This document shows, in pieces, positions 52,717 through 64,000 of a stretch of DNA of 64,000 nt (the stretch's first letter is position 1; the number at the start of each line of letters is the position of its first letter). The translations under genes were made by a program, and so were the position numbers. This DNA is from Podarcis vaucheri (Eukaryota). A model generated the notes under the pieces. The model saw only the letters and a program-made list of their open reading frames with translations. It ran no database searches and had not been told where the DNA came from. The stretch lies in assembly GCA_965113315.1 (NCBI GenBank), contig OZ220367.1; one strand, 5' to 3'.

Positions 52717-54076
52717 CTGTGAAATGAAAAACAGTTTATTAGAGGGGAAAATACCAACAGCACAGGAGTCGTCATGCTTTTAGTATACAGAGATGAAACT
52801 GAAAGACACAGACTTCTGATGCCTGAGCCAAGCCTTTTAAGCATGAAGGAAAGCATGCTAACAGCCTTCCGAGAGGCCTGAAAGAAACAAATGCAAACAA
52901 CTGCCGGTCGCCACTACGTAAAGTAGCTTATCCCGAAACAAATCAATGGATCCAATTTCATTCAAATCAAATCACTAAAAGCTCCCTTCCAACTATACAT
53001 TCAAATGCCCTTCCAAGAACATTAGACTACTTCTCATGTGGAGAAACTGTGTGGAGCCTCATCTGTCGTTTTGTCTTCCAACTTCTCAACGAAACCAGAA
53101 ACCTCCCGCTGCTCATCTCCTGCAGGTATAAAGAGCCCACGCCCAACCTATATTCTATTTTGATGTACTGCTTTTTGGAATTGAGACAACTCAGAAAAGA
53201 AGAACAAGCCTAATCTGGCATCTGGAGCCACTTTTCAGGTTGTTGAGACACAGCTGAAGGGAATCGGAACACCAGAACTTGACAGTGTGAAGTCATAAGA
53301 AGGAAGGAACTACATTTCCTCAATGGCAGCAAAGCTGGGGGAAGTAAGATATACTTTTTATTGATATCTTTAGCCCTTAACACTGGGGAACAGTATCCCC
53401 ACAAAATCACCTTATCCTACACATGCTCATTCAACTGCTTTGACCAGCTGGGTGCCACATAATGCCCATTTCACATTTGTAAGAATTTGGTCGGTTAGTG
53501 CACTTTGGAACTCACTGCCTATTGAGATCAAGCAGACATCTGCTCACTATGCCCTTTTTGGTGCCCAAAACATTCCTGTTTAGACAAGCCTACCCAGGTG
53601 CTTAGTGAGTTGAGGTAATTTTAACTTTGGGTGTTTGAAGTAGGGCTGTACATTTTTCTTGATTTTACTATTTGATCTTCTATAAACTACATTTGGGTTT
53701 TTAAAACAATCAAACAGTGTGTAATAATGAATAAATGGATTGGCAGGTGAAGGTGGTTTGAGGGGCACCCTATCTGGGCATTCATTAAATGGGGAAAATA
53801 TCACATTTGGGGATGCTCTTGCAGGGACAAGTGAGTTGACTCCGCTGCCTCCTTGGTGTCCGTTTTGCTTTAGCGTTCCAAAATATATAGGGATCCAATA
53901 TGGACCTGTAGACTCTTGGAAGGCAACAGTAGGAAGAATGGGGCTAGCACTCTCACCCAACCCAGGTGTGATGAGGTACCTATTTAAATAACGCCTGAAT
54001 GGGCCTAGAGCAGGGTTTTTCAGGCTGAGGGTCACATTTCCACCTGGGTGATCTTCCAAGGGTCTACATCCCAGTG

Positions 54077-54328
54077 GTAGAAGAAGAAGAAGAGTTTGGA
54101 TTTGATATCCCGCTTTATCACTACCCAAGGAGTCTCAAAGCAGCTCACAATCTCCTTTCCCTTCCTCCCCCACAACAAACACTCTGTGAGGTGAGTGGGG
54201 CTGAGAGACTTCACAGAAGTGTGGCTGGCCCAAGGTCATCCAGCAGCTGCATGTGGAGGAGCAGGGAAGCGAACCCGGCTCCCCAGATTACGAGTCCACC
54301 GCTCTTAACCACTACACCACACTGGCTC
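54077..54328 (-). mobile_element. Squam3-like SINE
   Basis: Same family as 6820-7052; (TTC)n tail. Confidence 0.8.
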
Positions 54329-55232
54329 TCACCACTGGTAGGCAGGACCAGAGGCAAAAATATGCAAAGCAACAAGTGTACATTTTACCTTTGTACAATA
54401 GACTAGTTTCTACACACACTCACAAAGAATCATAGAATTGTGTTGGAAAGGGACCCCAGGGTCATCTAGTCCAACCCCCTGCAAGGCAGGAATCTCAGCT
54501 GAAGCATCCGTGACAGATGGCCACCCAACCTCTGAGAGCTGCTTATTTCTGAGTAAATATGCCTGGATTCTACCTGCAAAGCACAATGAGCATATTCTTA
54601 ATGAAGACTATTTCCCATTCTAAATATTTCCTAAACTAAAAAGCCACAAACATTGTGATCTTTCATTGCAAGAGAGTTTCTCCAGCTCTTTGGCCCGTTG
54701 GTTGCCCCCTTTCTACTGCTTTTTCAGCTCAACAGTATCCTTCTTTGAGGGGCAGTAACCTTAATGTAACCAACATTCCGGTCTAGGAAACAGCATTCTT
54801 CCCATCAGTCCACTATTTCCACAGATGTTTCCCCAAACCTGCTCAAGTTCACCGATCATCTTCCTTCCATTCCTATTCAGCTGTCATTTTGCACTGGGCT
54901 GTAATTAATAGTGGGTTCGTAATTTGCTTCTAAGTGTAACATTTTGGAATGCTCAAGTGTCTCCGACACAGATTCTCTGCAATTAAAATAACCTTTACAG
55001 ATCTCATCAGTGCTCCGAGATAATCTCACTCACTTCTGGCAGGGGATGCAATTAAAAATAATAATTGAACAATCGCTCCAAGTCATGGATTTCATTTAAG
55101 ATCTTCATGTATAATCCCCACCCTTTTTACTTGAAGAAAGAAAGGTAGATTGTAAGGAGAAAGAGTTTCCCTTACAAATCTGAAAGATAATAGTTACAGA
55201 ACTTATTGTTACAGGAATGAAATTATTTAAGC

Positions 55233-55285
<53 letters not shown>

Positions 55286-55363
55286 CACACCCCTCAACAG
55301 TATTTATAGGAACTCAAACACCAAACTCTGCTCTGTTCCAGTAACAAGAAGCCGAAAGCACCA

Positions 55364-55401
55364 GCCTGAAGATGACGAGTGAGACCTCGTCGAAACGTCG
55401 C
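55364..55401 (+). ncRNA. Minimal hammerhead ribozyme motif, copy 1
   Basis: gc CUGAAGA U GACGAG ugagac CUCGUC GAAA C GUC gc; predicted cleavage after 55399. Confidence 0.72.
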
Positions 55402-55569
55402 ACAGACACCCCGACTCTTACACGGGAAGACACCCGAAGACACCAAAACCTGCATTCCTGTACCCGTGAAAATCTACGAAAGCATATGCTTTCGTAGATT
55501 TTCACGGGTACAGGAATGCAGGTTTTGGTGTCTTCGGGTGTCTTCCCGTGTAAGAGTCGGGGTGTCTGT

Positions 55570-55605
55570 GCGACGTTTCGACGAGGTCTCACTCGTCATC
55601 TTCAG
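55570..55605 (-). ncRNA. Minimal hammerhead ribozyme motif, copy 2 (inverted)
   Basis: Exact reverse complement of the copy 1 core; 5' strand of stem I lost at the inversion junction. Confidence 0.65.
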
Positions 55606-55640
55606 AGCTCTGTTCCAGTAATAAGAAGCCGAAAGCACCA

Positions 55641-55678
55641 GCCTGAAGATGACGAGTGAGACCTCGTCGAAACGTCGC
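55641..55678 (+). ncRNA. Minimal hammerhead ribozyme motif, copy 3
   Basis: Identical to copy 1; predicted cleavage after 55676. Confidence 0.72.
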
Positions 55679-55963
55679 ACAGACACCCCGACTCTTACAC
55701 GGGAAGACACCCGAAGACACCAAAACCTGCATATATATATATATATATATATATTCTTATAGGACAAGGCTGTGATCCTGAGACAGAAAGCTCTGTAGGA
55801 AGAGAAATATTATGTAACCACACAATATTTTGGGGCAATCTCTCCTGAAGAAGACTTCCCTTGAGCCATAGGTATATGGAAAATACCACGAGGTCACTAA
55901 CAATCCCTTCTTGGCCAACATATGCAAGGGATAGCCCTTGGCAGCATGTTCTGTACCTATGGG

Positions 55964-56118
55964 CATAGCTGTCAACTTTCAGATTCAAAAATAAGGGATC
56001 AGCAGCCTCACCTGTCCCGGGGACAGTCTACGGGATATCTAACAATCCGGGATAGCAGCGGGAAACGGCACTGGAATAAAGGAATTTCCCGCAAAAAAAG
56101 GAAAGGTTGAAAGCTATG
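55964..56118. mobile_element. hAT-like MITE
   Basis: catagctgtcaac...gttgaaagctatg; perfect 8-bp TSD cctatggg. Confidence 0.82.
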
Positions 56119-56440
56119 CCTATGGGTCTGATGTTATCTGACTTCACTGCAAAGTGTTGAAAAGGCTGTGATTCATAGGTATGGAATGATACTTAATAAT
56201 GTGGTTAAATAATTTAGATTTCATAAGCATCTTTGGGATTATAATCTTCAGGAAGTGGAGGAAAAAAATAGCAATACATGTGTAATGTACTAGACTGGAA
56301 GAAACTCCTGCCTGAAACTTTATAGAGAGCTGCTGCCAGTCCGTGTCAACAGTATTGGCATATATGGACCAATGGTCTAAATCAGCTTAAGGAAGCTTCC
56401 TATGCTACTCGGAAGGTATATTCAGATCTTTGCAGGAATA

Positions 56441-56475
<35 letters not shown>

Positions 56476-57094
56476 TTATTTATATCCCGCCCTCCCCGGC
56501 CAGAACTGGTCTCAGGACAGCTAACATCTGAATATATAATACATTAAGACATAAAATTCAACAGAAATACAGGAAGAGTGCAGCATACTACCCACCAAGT
56601 CAAACTGGCACTGCAGTGTCAGAACAGGCTTGCTACTGGAAATTGGGAATCTGCCACACAGTCAAAATCATTTTTTGGACTTGTTTTCCTTTATCCTCAG
56701 GTCTCACAGAAGGCATCACTAAAAAAGCAACTGGCCTGCTCCAGCAGTTCTGTTCGTTTTACCTAAAACTACTGCCAAACTTCTATTGCTGATATTATTG
56801 CTCACTGCCACATCTTGAAGAATTACATTCTATTATCCTGGACCCCAAAAGTAACTGGGCTATTGTCATGAATCTTACTATGTATATATACCTCAGAAAT
56901 AAATCACACTGGTACAGGTAATGAAGGCCCCATCGCAGAGCTACAATTCCCAAAGTGGTTTAACAAGCAATCCTTCTTCCTGGGGAACTCTGTAATGATA
57001 GCTGTGTGAAGGGAATGGGGGGGGCGGTTCCTCCTTACTCTCAGCACCCTTTACAGTTCCCAAGATTATTTGAGGGAAGCCAAGACTGTTTAAA

Positions 57095-57372
57095 GGGACA
57101 CGGGTGGCACTGTGGTCTAAACCACTGAGCCTAGGACTTGCCGATCAGATGGTCGGTGGTTCAAATCCCCATGACGGGGTGAGCTCCCGTTGCTTGGTCC
57201 CAGGTAAACGGTGTTTCCGTGCGCTGCTCTGGTTTCGCCAGAAGCGGCTTAGGCATGCTGGCCACATGACCCGGAAGCTGTACGCCGGCTCCCTCGGCCA
57301 ATAAAACAAGATGAGCGCCGCAACCCCAGAGTCAGACACGACTGGACCTAATGGTCAGGGGTCCCTTTACCT
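57095..57372 (+). mobile_element. Sauria SINE with internal deletion
   Basis: Head and tail present; TSD aagactgtttaaagg. Confidence 0.85.
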
Positions 57373-57649
57373 AAGACTGTTTAAAGGGGTATGGTATATA
57401 CAGTGCAGCCCTGTGTTTCCAAAATTACAGACTGCAAAATCTTCGAGCCCTATTCTAAATTTATATTTTTCATCTTCCTCTTTTTTTGTCTCAGCTCTCA
57501 CTAGGTAGCATCAGCTTAATAACAAGCAACTACCTTTCTGCCATTTTACAACTGGGGAACTGAGGCTAAAGGAATAGTTGCTTGTCGGGGCTTTTTCTGA
57601 ATTCAACTTGCATGGAAACAAACAGCTGCAGAATAACTAAATATATAAA

Positions 57650-57824
57650 CGACGTTTCCGTGTGCTGCGCTGGTACTGGCTCGCCAGAGCAGCTTTGTCA
57701 CACTGGCCACGTGACCCGCAAGTGTCTCCGGACAGCGCTGGCCACCGGCCTCTTAAGTGAGTTGGGCGCACAACCCTAAAGTCGGACACGACTGGCCCGT
57801 ACAGGCAGGGGTACCTTTACCTTT
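57650..57824 (+). mobile_element. Sauria SINE variant, 3' part
   Basis: gtcggacacgactgg...ggggtacctttaccttta. Confidence 0.7.
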
Positions 57825-58704
57825 AATAACTATATATAACTAAATGTGAACTGAGAAGAGGAAAAAAGTTGGGTTTCTTAGTTTGTGTCTCTAAATTTAA
57901 ATTGCAGGCTTGTTCTGTGATTCATCTGGCTGATGGTGGTGGTTTATCTATTTTACTCTTAGGAGGAGAATACGCTCCATGAGCTTTGCATAAAACTCAG
58001 AAAAGGGATGGGTGGGGATAGAACAGGTGCCATCTGAGAGGTGACAAAATGCCACAGCTGAAAGGCAGCTGCTCAGCAGAACAGAAGCAACAAGAAACCT
58101 CTCAAGTGAAAAGCAAAGAAGCAGCAACCAGCCTAAGCAAATGATAAGAAAAACCACATGGGCCCTGTAGAATCAGCGTCATCAATCTCGCTGTTTTCAA
58201 ATGTCTGCAATCCAACTCTGCAGGAAGCTGCCTTAAACTGATGTAGACCACTGAGCCATCTAGATCAGTATGGTCTACAGCGGCAGTTCCCAGGTTTTGT
58301 TTTGATATGGGGACTCACAAGTTCATATTCACTTGCTAGGGTGGCCCACCATATTTTTTTTGCAACATGACTTTTGGGCTGTCATTCCCAGCTCACATGC
58401 AGTTCTGCCCTTCCTTCTTGCTGATAACCCACTCCAAGGACATCTCCGCCACCTACATCATTCAAAGTTGAGACCCTAAACCTTGTCTCTGCCTCCACCC
58501 ACTAGCACCCAGCAAAGAAGGGGCCCCACTTCCCTTTGCCTGGCAGTCTTAGCATAGAATTGTAGAGTTGGAAGGGACCCCAGGGGTCATCTAGTCCAAC
58601 CCCCTGCAACGCAGGATCAGCCCATCACTGGCCTGTGTCCCCTGCTAATGGTCAATCCAGCTAGCTCTGCATCAAATTAGCTCCCCCTGAGTTCTACCAC
58701 ATTA

Positions 58705-59055
58705 AAAGGTAAAGGGACCCCTGATCATTAGGTCCAGTCATGGCCGACTCTAGGTTTGCGATGCTCATCTCACTTTATTGGCCGAGGGAGCCGGTGTACA
58801 GCTTCCGGGTCCTGTGGCCAGCATGACGAAGCCGTTTCTGGCGAACCAGAGCAGCGCACAGAAATGCTGTTTACCTTCCCTCTAGAGCGGTCCCTATTTA
58901 TCTACTTGCACTTTGATGTGCTTTCAAACTGCTAGGTTGGCAGGAGCAGGGACCAAGCAATGGGAGCTCACCCCGTCGCGGGGATTCGAACTGCTAACCT
59001 TCTGATCGGCAAGTCCTAGGCTCTGTGGTTTAACCCACAATGCCACCCACGTCCC
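58705..59055 (-). mobile_element. Sauria SINE, full length
   Basis: aaaggtaaaggg tail; TSD ttctaccacatta. Confidence 0.88.
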
Positions 59056-59900
59056 CTTCTACCACATTAGGAAAGGGAAATTCCTGTGTATATTGTAGAC
59101 ATGTTCATCATTCAAATGCAAAATGCATTTCTGCAACTAGAGGTTGCTGCCATTTGCATGAGAGGAGTGCACAGAGTCCCTTTTCCTGTGAATTGTTCCA
59201 TATATTTTTCTGGTATATTCTGATCTAGTATGGAGATACTAGAAGCAAATGTCCTGTGTCTGGTTTCCTTTTCCTTGCACAGACTATTCACACTTATCTG
59301 AAAGCCATTTCCACTGAACTCACCTGGGCTTGCAATGTATAGGATTATACAGAGGCATTTATAGTTTTTCAGGCAGCACTCCTATGCGCACTTAGCTGGA
59401 GGGGTGGGGTGGGGAAGCACCACTAAACAGTCAGCCTTACATGCATATGATTGCTATGTATAAACATTGCATTAGCACATGAATTGTGCTAAGTTATGAC
59501 ACATTTTATGTTGTTAAAGCATAAAGTTTAGGTTTGATAAGAAAGCGAGAAAGTTGTGATTGCAAATATTTTGGCTTTCCCCCAAAATTACGGTTCTCTC
59601 CTCATCCCCACAATGGCTTCAGTATTTGGGAAATTTAGCACCTCACCTAAAGGTTATCCTTCCATCCATTGAATAGGTACAAGGACTGTGAGCTCTGCAG
59701 CGGTTGCAGAGGCTGCATTGCTGTTTATTTTAGATGCTAGTACTACACAGCTGCCCCCATCAGTAGCTACCCTCCACAGCTTCTTCTCTAAAATTTCAAG
59801 AGGTTTCTTCCCATGGATAATGCAGCAGTTTGCAGTGATATCCTGGTTTAATAGCCAATGAGAATGTCAGGACTTACAGCTATAGGAGTACTGTCTAGAA

Positions 59901-60461
59901 GGATCCAGTATGTTGGAAATGTTTAGATAAGGAGGGTTTGTTAATCCATATGTGGCAGCAATGCGAACTCGCCCCCCCCCCCCAAAAAAATAATAATTCT
60001 GGGGAATGATTTATGAAGAACTAAAGAAGATGCTTCAATATTCCTTTCCAAAGAAGCCAGTAGCATTCCTGTTAGCTACAATAGGACAGGAAATTCCAGA
60101 TAAAGTAAAAAAAAACCTTTTCCTTTACGCAACAGCAGCAACAAAACGCTAAAATGTGGAAGGAGAGAAAAATCCTGACAAAAAAGGGGAACAACTAGAA
60201 GAGTATCTAAGAAGTAGTAGTATAACCCTACCCTACAAGTAGGGTTAAACACATGAACACCAGCAAACAAACCAAAGAGTGAAAGATAGAGATGGGAAAG
60301 AGTGGACAACTTTAGGAGTTGCAGCAAACCAAAGGGATTGGGCTAGGATGTCAAGGAAAGATAGGTTGGGAAGTCTAGGTGAGATGGGATAGGAGATGGT
60401 GTATGTAACTGGAACAAATTTAACTGATTGTAACTTGAAAATGCATAAATAAACAATAAAA
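59901..60461 (+). mobile_element. 5'-truncated L1-type LINE 3' end
   Basis: 17-bp TSD aggagta(c/t)tgtctagaa (59884-59900, 60462-60478); HMW.QC...W..IYEELKKML...PKKPVAFLL; AATAAA tail. Confidence 0.75.
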
Positions 60462-60561
60462 AGGAGTATTGTCTAGAATGCTACAATGACAGTTTTTCAA
60501 CCAAAGCCTAACTGCCACTGATAGGTATGTTTGGCAGGGCTAATGTAGACAAACATAAAAA

Positions 60562-60802
60562 CAGTGGTGCCTTGGTTTATGAACTTAATCCATTCTGGAA
60601 GTCCATTCTTAAACCAAAACCGTTCTTAAACCGAGGCGCGCTTTCCCTAATGAGGCCTCCCACCGCTGGTGCCCTTCCACCGTTCAGATTCTGTTCTTAG
60701 ACCGAGGTAAAGTTCTCAAACCAGGACACTATTTACAGTTTTGGGGAGTTTGTAAACCAAATTGTTCTTAAACCGGACTGTTCTTAAACCGAAGTACCAC
60801 TG
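60562..60802. mobile_element. Tigger-like MITE, related subfamily
   Basis: CAGTGGTGCC...GTACCACTG termini. Confidence 0.75.
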
Positions 60803-63013
60803 TATACTGTTGTGCCATTGTTTGTATGCCCTTTTTGGGGTTCATCTGAATGGAAAGAGGCCTAGAAGCATAATAAATCAAATCACAAATGTCTTTTTTC
60901 TTTTTGTTGTACAAAAACTGGCAGGTCAACCCTACGGTTCCGCCAAGGTTACCATAACATAGTTAGACTCCTATGTTCAGCCCGGAGCAAAAAGCACAAT
61001 TGCTGCACTAACTGAAATGCCCGCAGCATCCCTGCAAACTTTGCCACTGCCCAGCAATCCTGAGGTTGCTAACTAATGGTAATACACATCAGCCATGCAT
61101 GGACCTCATCAGCCAATGTGTGGCAACAGTATTAATGTTACATTGATGCTACTGTACCCAGTATATATGCCCCCTGCATGCACAATGCAGAAATGGGCAG
61201 CCAGAAGAGACCACTTTGCTTTGCCAGTGCAGACCACCATGTAGCTCTGGGAATCAACTAGCCATAAATGTCAGGACAGATATTTGTATCTCAAGGGGTT
61301 TGCAAACAACGATCAACCAAGCACTTTGGGCAGGGCGGCACTAACCTTTTCGGACCAGTAGGCACATGTTGAATGTTGAGAGGGTTGTGGCAGTTACAAA
61401 ATAGCTGCTGGGGGGGCATGGGGCATGGTAAAAACCAAAACTAGACAGACAGCCTCTCTGGAAAACCTTAAGAGAAGTCAGCTGTGTCCTGCTAGTCCTG
61501 ACTGTGGAGGACAATAATGATTTTTTACACACAAACACATACACATGCTGTTTGTGTCTAACAGCAACAGGGAGTGTTCCTCAGTACCAGGGAAAGTTGG
61601 TCACAGCACAACACACTTTCATTCTACAAAAAGCAGTAAGGTACTATCTACATATTTTGCCCCATTATGTTCTTCTAGAAGGGCTAGAGACTTTTGACTC
61701 TGGGACACCTGCCCTGGGGAACCAGTGAAAGCCTTTGTGGGCAGCCAGGGAGCCCGCGGGAGCTATGTTGGTGACCCTGGACTCAGGAAGGGCTGCCATG
61801 CCATTCCACTGAGAACAGCCAGCAAGCTCTATAGTCCAATGCGTAGAGGAAGGATCTAAGACTCACTGCAGGGACAATGGTCCAAACAGTCATCAGAGCA
61901 CTCCACACAGTGCAGCTGTAATGGTGCCCTTGGGAAAGGGGAAAGTGATTTTCATTTCCCCTATCCCTCACCCCCACAAGTGGATCCGACACACAAAGAA
62001 AACGAGAAACTGTGACAGAAAGTTCAGAGGCCGGTACCTTTGAGTATTTTGCCAGCACTTATGCATCCAGGTTTTAACACAGCACTCCAACTTGCAATGA
62101 CTGTATTAGCTGGGGGATGAATGGGATTTCCCCAGCAACAACCTATTGTTCGGTTTGCACGCAGAGCAGCTGTGACCTACCCCCAAACAGAAGCATGGAG
62201 GGGAGGGCGCAGGTTTGGCTCTCCTCTGCCGTGGAGTCTCTTTGACATAGAAAGTAAAGCCCACTCCTGCTCTAGAAATGAATGTGCAAGTATTTACTGG
62301 AGGGGTGGGGGAAGCACCAAGATGCGCTGTTCTAGGCTTTGAGTCAAAATGGTATGCAAATGAAAAGTAGTAGTATGGTGTTAGTTTTTTTCAAGGGGAA
62401 ATCACATGTGACATAAGCATTCCTTTCTCACCTGCTTGAAAAAAAGGGGCGAATGGTGTAAGAGTGATGGTTTGGGGTGGAAAAGCATTAATGAGGCCAG
62501 AATGCCCTCAAAAGTTCCTTGATAATCCCATAACAAAGTTGCCTTTTGTTCAGGGAATTAAAGCTGATGAGCATCGAAACTAATTGTCTGGCATCTTCCT
62601 TTGGTCTTTTGACTGGGGCACAAACAAACAAACACACAAACACCCTACTCCCTGCCAAGCTAAGGATGATGTAATCTAGGTATCTGTGGAGAAAAGAAGG
62701 GGACAGGCTGAAGTCTGAGTGTGACTAAAGGAAGCAGAAGTACTGAGAGATAGTTTGGGGTTTGGAAGCTAGCAGCACTTCAGGCTGTTGGTTGTGGACT
62801 TATGGTGGGGGGAGGGGGGATTTGGGTGCACCTCTGCCTATGCTTAACAAGTATATCTGTAAACAAGCACAAATATTACAAAACACCAAAGCTCCAGTAA
62901 CCTCCTTCTAAAATAAACTAAATCTGGGTAAGCACTGCATCCCTGGAAATTCTCACTACTGGGATAGCTCAACCGACATTTCTTCTTTCCGCTCAACTTC
63001 ACTGTGAGGACTT

Positions 63014-63374
63014 AAAGGTACAGGTATCCCTGACCATTAGGTCCAGTCATGGATGACTCTGGGGTTGTGTGCTTATCTCACTCTATAGGCCAAGGGTGCC
63101 GGCGTTTGTCCGCAGACAGCTTCCGGGTCATATGGCCAGCATGACTAAGCCACTTCTGGCAAAACCACAGCAGTGCATGGAAACGGCGTTTATCTTCCCA
63201 CCGGAGCGGTGCCTATTTATCTACTTGCACTTTGACATGCTTTCAAACTGCTAGGTTGGCAGGAGCTGGGACTGAACAACGGGAGCTCATCCCGTCGTGG
63301 GGATTCGAACCACCAACCTTCTGATCAGCATGCCCTAGGCTCTGTGGTTTAGACCACAGCGCCACCCGCATCCC
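63014..63374 (-). mobile_element. Sauria SINE, full length
   Basis: Same family as 58705. Confidence 0.86.
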
Positions 63375-63460
63375 TAAATGTCAGGACTTAGTAGAACTAA
63401 ATGCTTTTGTTGCAATGGCATTGGGCCCAAACCACTAGCTATATATCATTACAGACAATA

Positions 63461-63686
63461 CAGTGGTACCTCTGGTTACGTACTTAATTCGTTCTGGAGG
63501 TCCGTTCTTAACCTGAAACTGTTCTTAACCTGAAGCACCACTTTAGCTAATGGGGCCTCCTACTGCCACTGCACCACTGTCACACGATTTCTGTTCTCAT
63601 CCTGAAGCAAATTTCTTAACCCGAGGTACTATTTCTGGGTTAATGGAGTCTGTAACCTGAAGCGTATGTAACCCGAGGTACCACTG
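63461..63686 (-). mobile_element. Tigger-like MITE, same family, opposite orientation
   Basis: TIRs and TA TSD; interior is the reverse complement of the 44775 copy. Confidence 0.88.
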
Positions 63687-64000
63687 TAGTTTGTATTCTC
63701 AAAACAGAAGGTACAGAACAGAGCTTCATTTTCCTTGGTGGCTAGTTATTTCATTATTTTCACTGTTGATAGGTTTTGTGGAATGTGGTGATGCGGCATG
63801 TGTGTGTTGAACAAAAACTTTAAAATCAGAGACAGCACTGAGATCAATCAATAAATTACTATGTACACTACAATGCCTTTGGCCCTCTTAAAATTATTAA
63901 TTAACATAAAATACTGCTCCTCACAAGAAATGCTGTGGAAACAAGGTACAATAACATTGTAAAGGTCTCAACAGCCATCAATTTTTACTGTTCTGAGAAG

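Larger units (their letters stand above)
55283..55732. mobile_element. Penelope-like element pLTR cluster (forward-inverted-forward) inserted in (TA)n
   Basis: Perfect palindrome 55366-55605; direct repeat 55330-55455 / 55607-55732; PLE-like 3' motif acacggg..cccgaagac...cccgtgaaaatct; (TA)n on both sides. Confidence 0.8.

Noticed and set aside
53580-54128. 182-aa ORF
   Set aside because: Starts in a SINE, ends in L2-like debris, no domain.
55330-55732. CRISPR-like array or miRNA precursor
   Set aside because: Eukaryotic context with no spacers; a loopless 120-bp perfect stem with hammerhead cores fits PLE pLTRs better.
55314-55767. Mirror-image ORFs MRPRRNVAQ... on both strands
   Set aside because: By-product of the palindrome; non-ATG starts and no recognisable domain.
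62585-62978. Possible solo LTR (TG...CA); similar LTR-like stretch at about 38800-39370
   Set aside because: No convincing TSD and boundaries uncertain.

Overview
Vertebrate genomic DNA. The repeat landscape (Sauria/Squam1 and Squam3-type SINEs, BovB, CR1, L2, L1, hAT and Tigger-type MITEs) points to a squamate, most likely a lacertid lizard; this is an inference. The one clear host gene is ST6GAL1 (beta-galactoside alpha-2,6-sialyltransferase 1) on the minus strand, with five coding exons from 42705 to 28881 encoding 419 aa and all introns GT-AG; its promoter is probably beyond the right edge. Four things stand out. (1) A very young Penelope-like-element (PLE) remnant sits in a (TA)n tract at 55.2-55.75 kb and carries three minimal hammerhead-ribozyme motifs around a perfect 240-bp palindrome. 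(2) Two more PLE hammerhead motifs of a second family lie in ST6GAL1 introns in sense orientation. (3) A 3.65-kb Copia LTR element has near-identical LTRs and keeps gag-PR-IN but has no RT/RNase H. (4) An intronless ATP5ME (ATP synthase subunit e) retrocopy has an open ORF and a target-site duplication (TSD). The rest is ordinary, often nested, transposon debris. Repeat family names come from motif recognition, not database searches.
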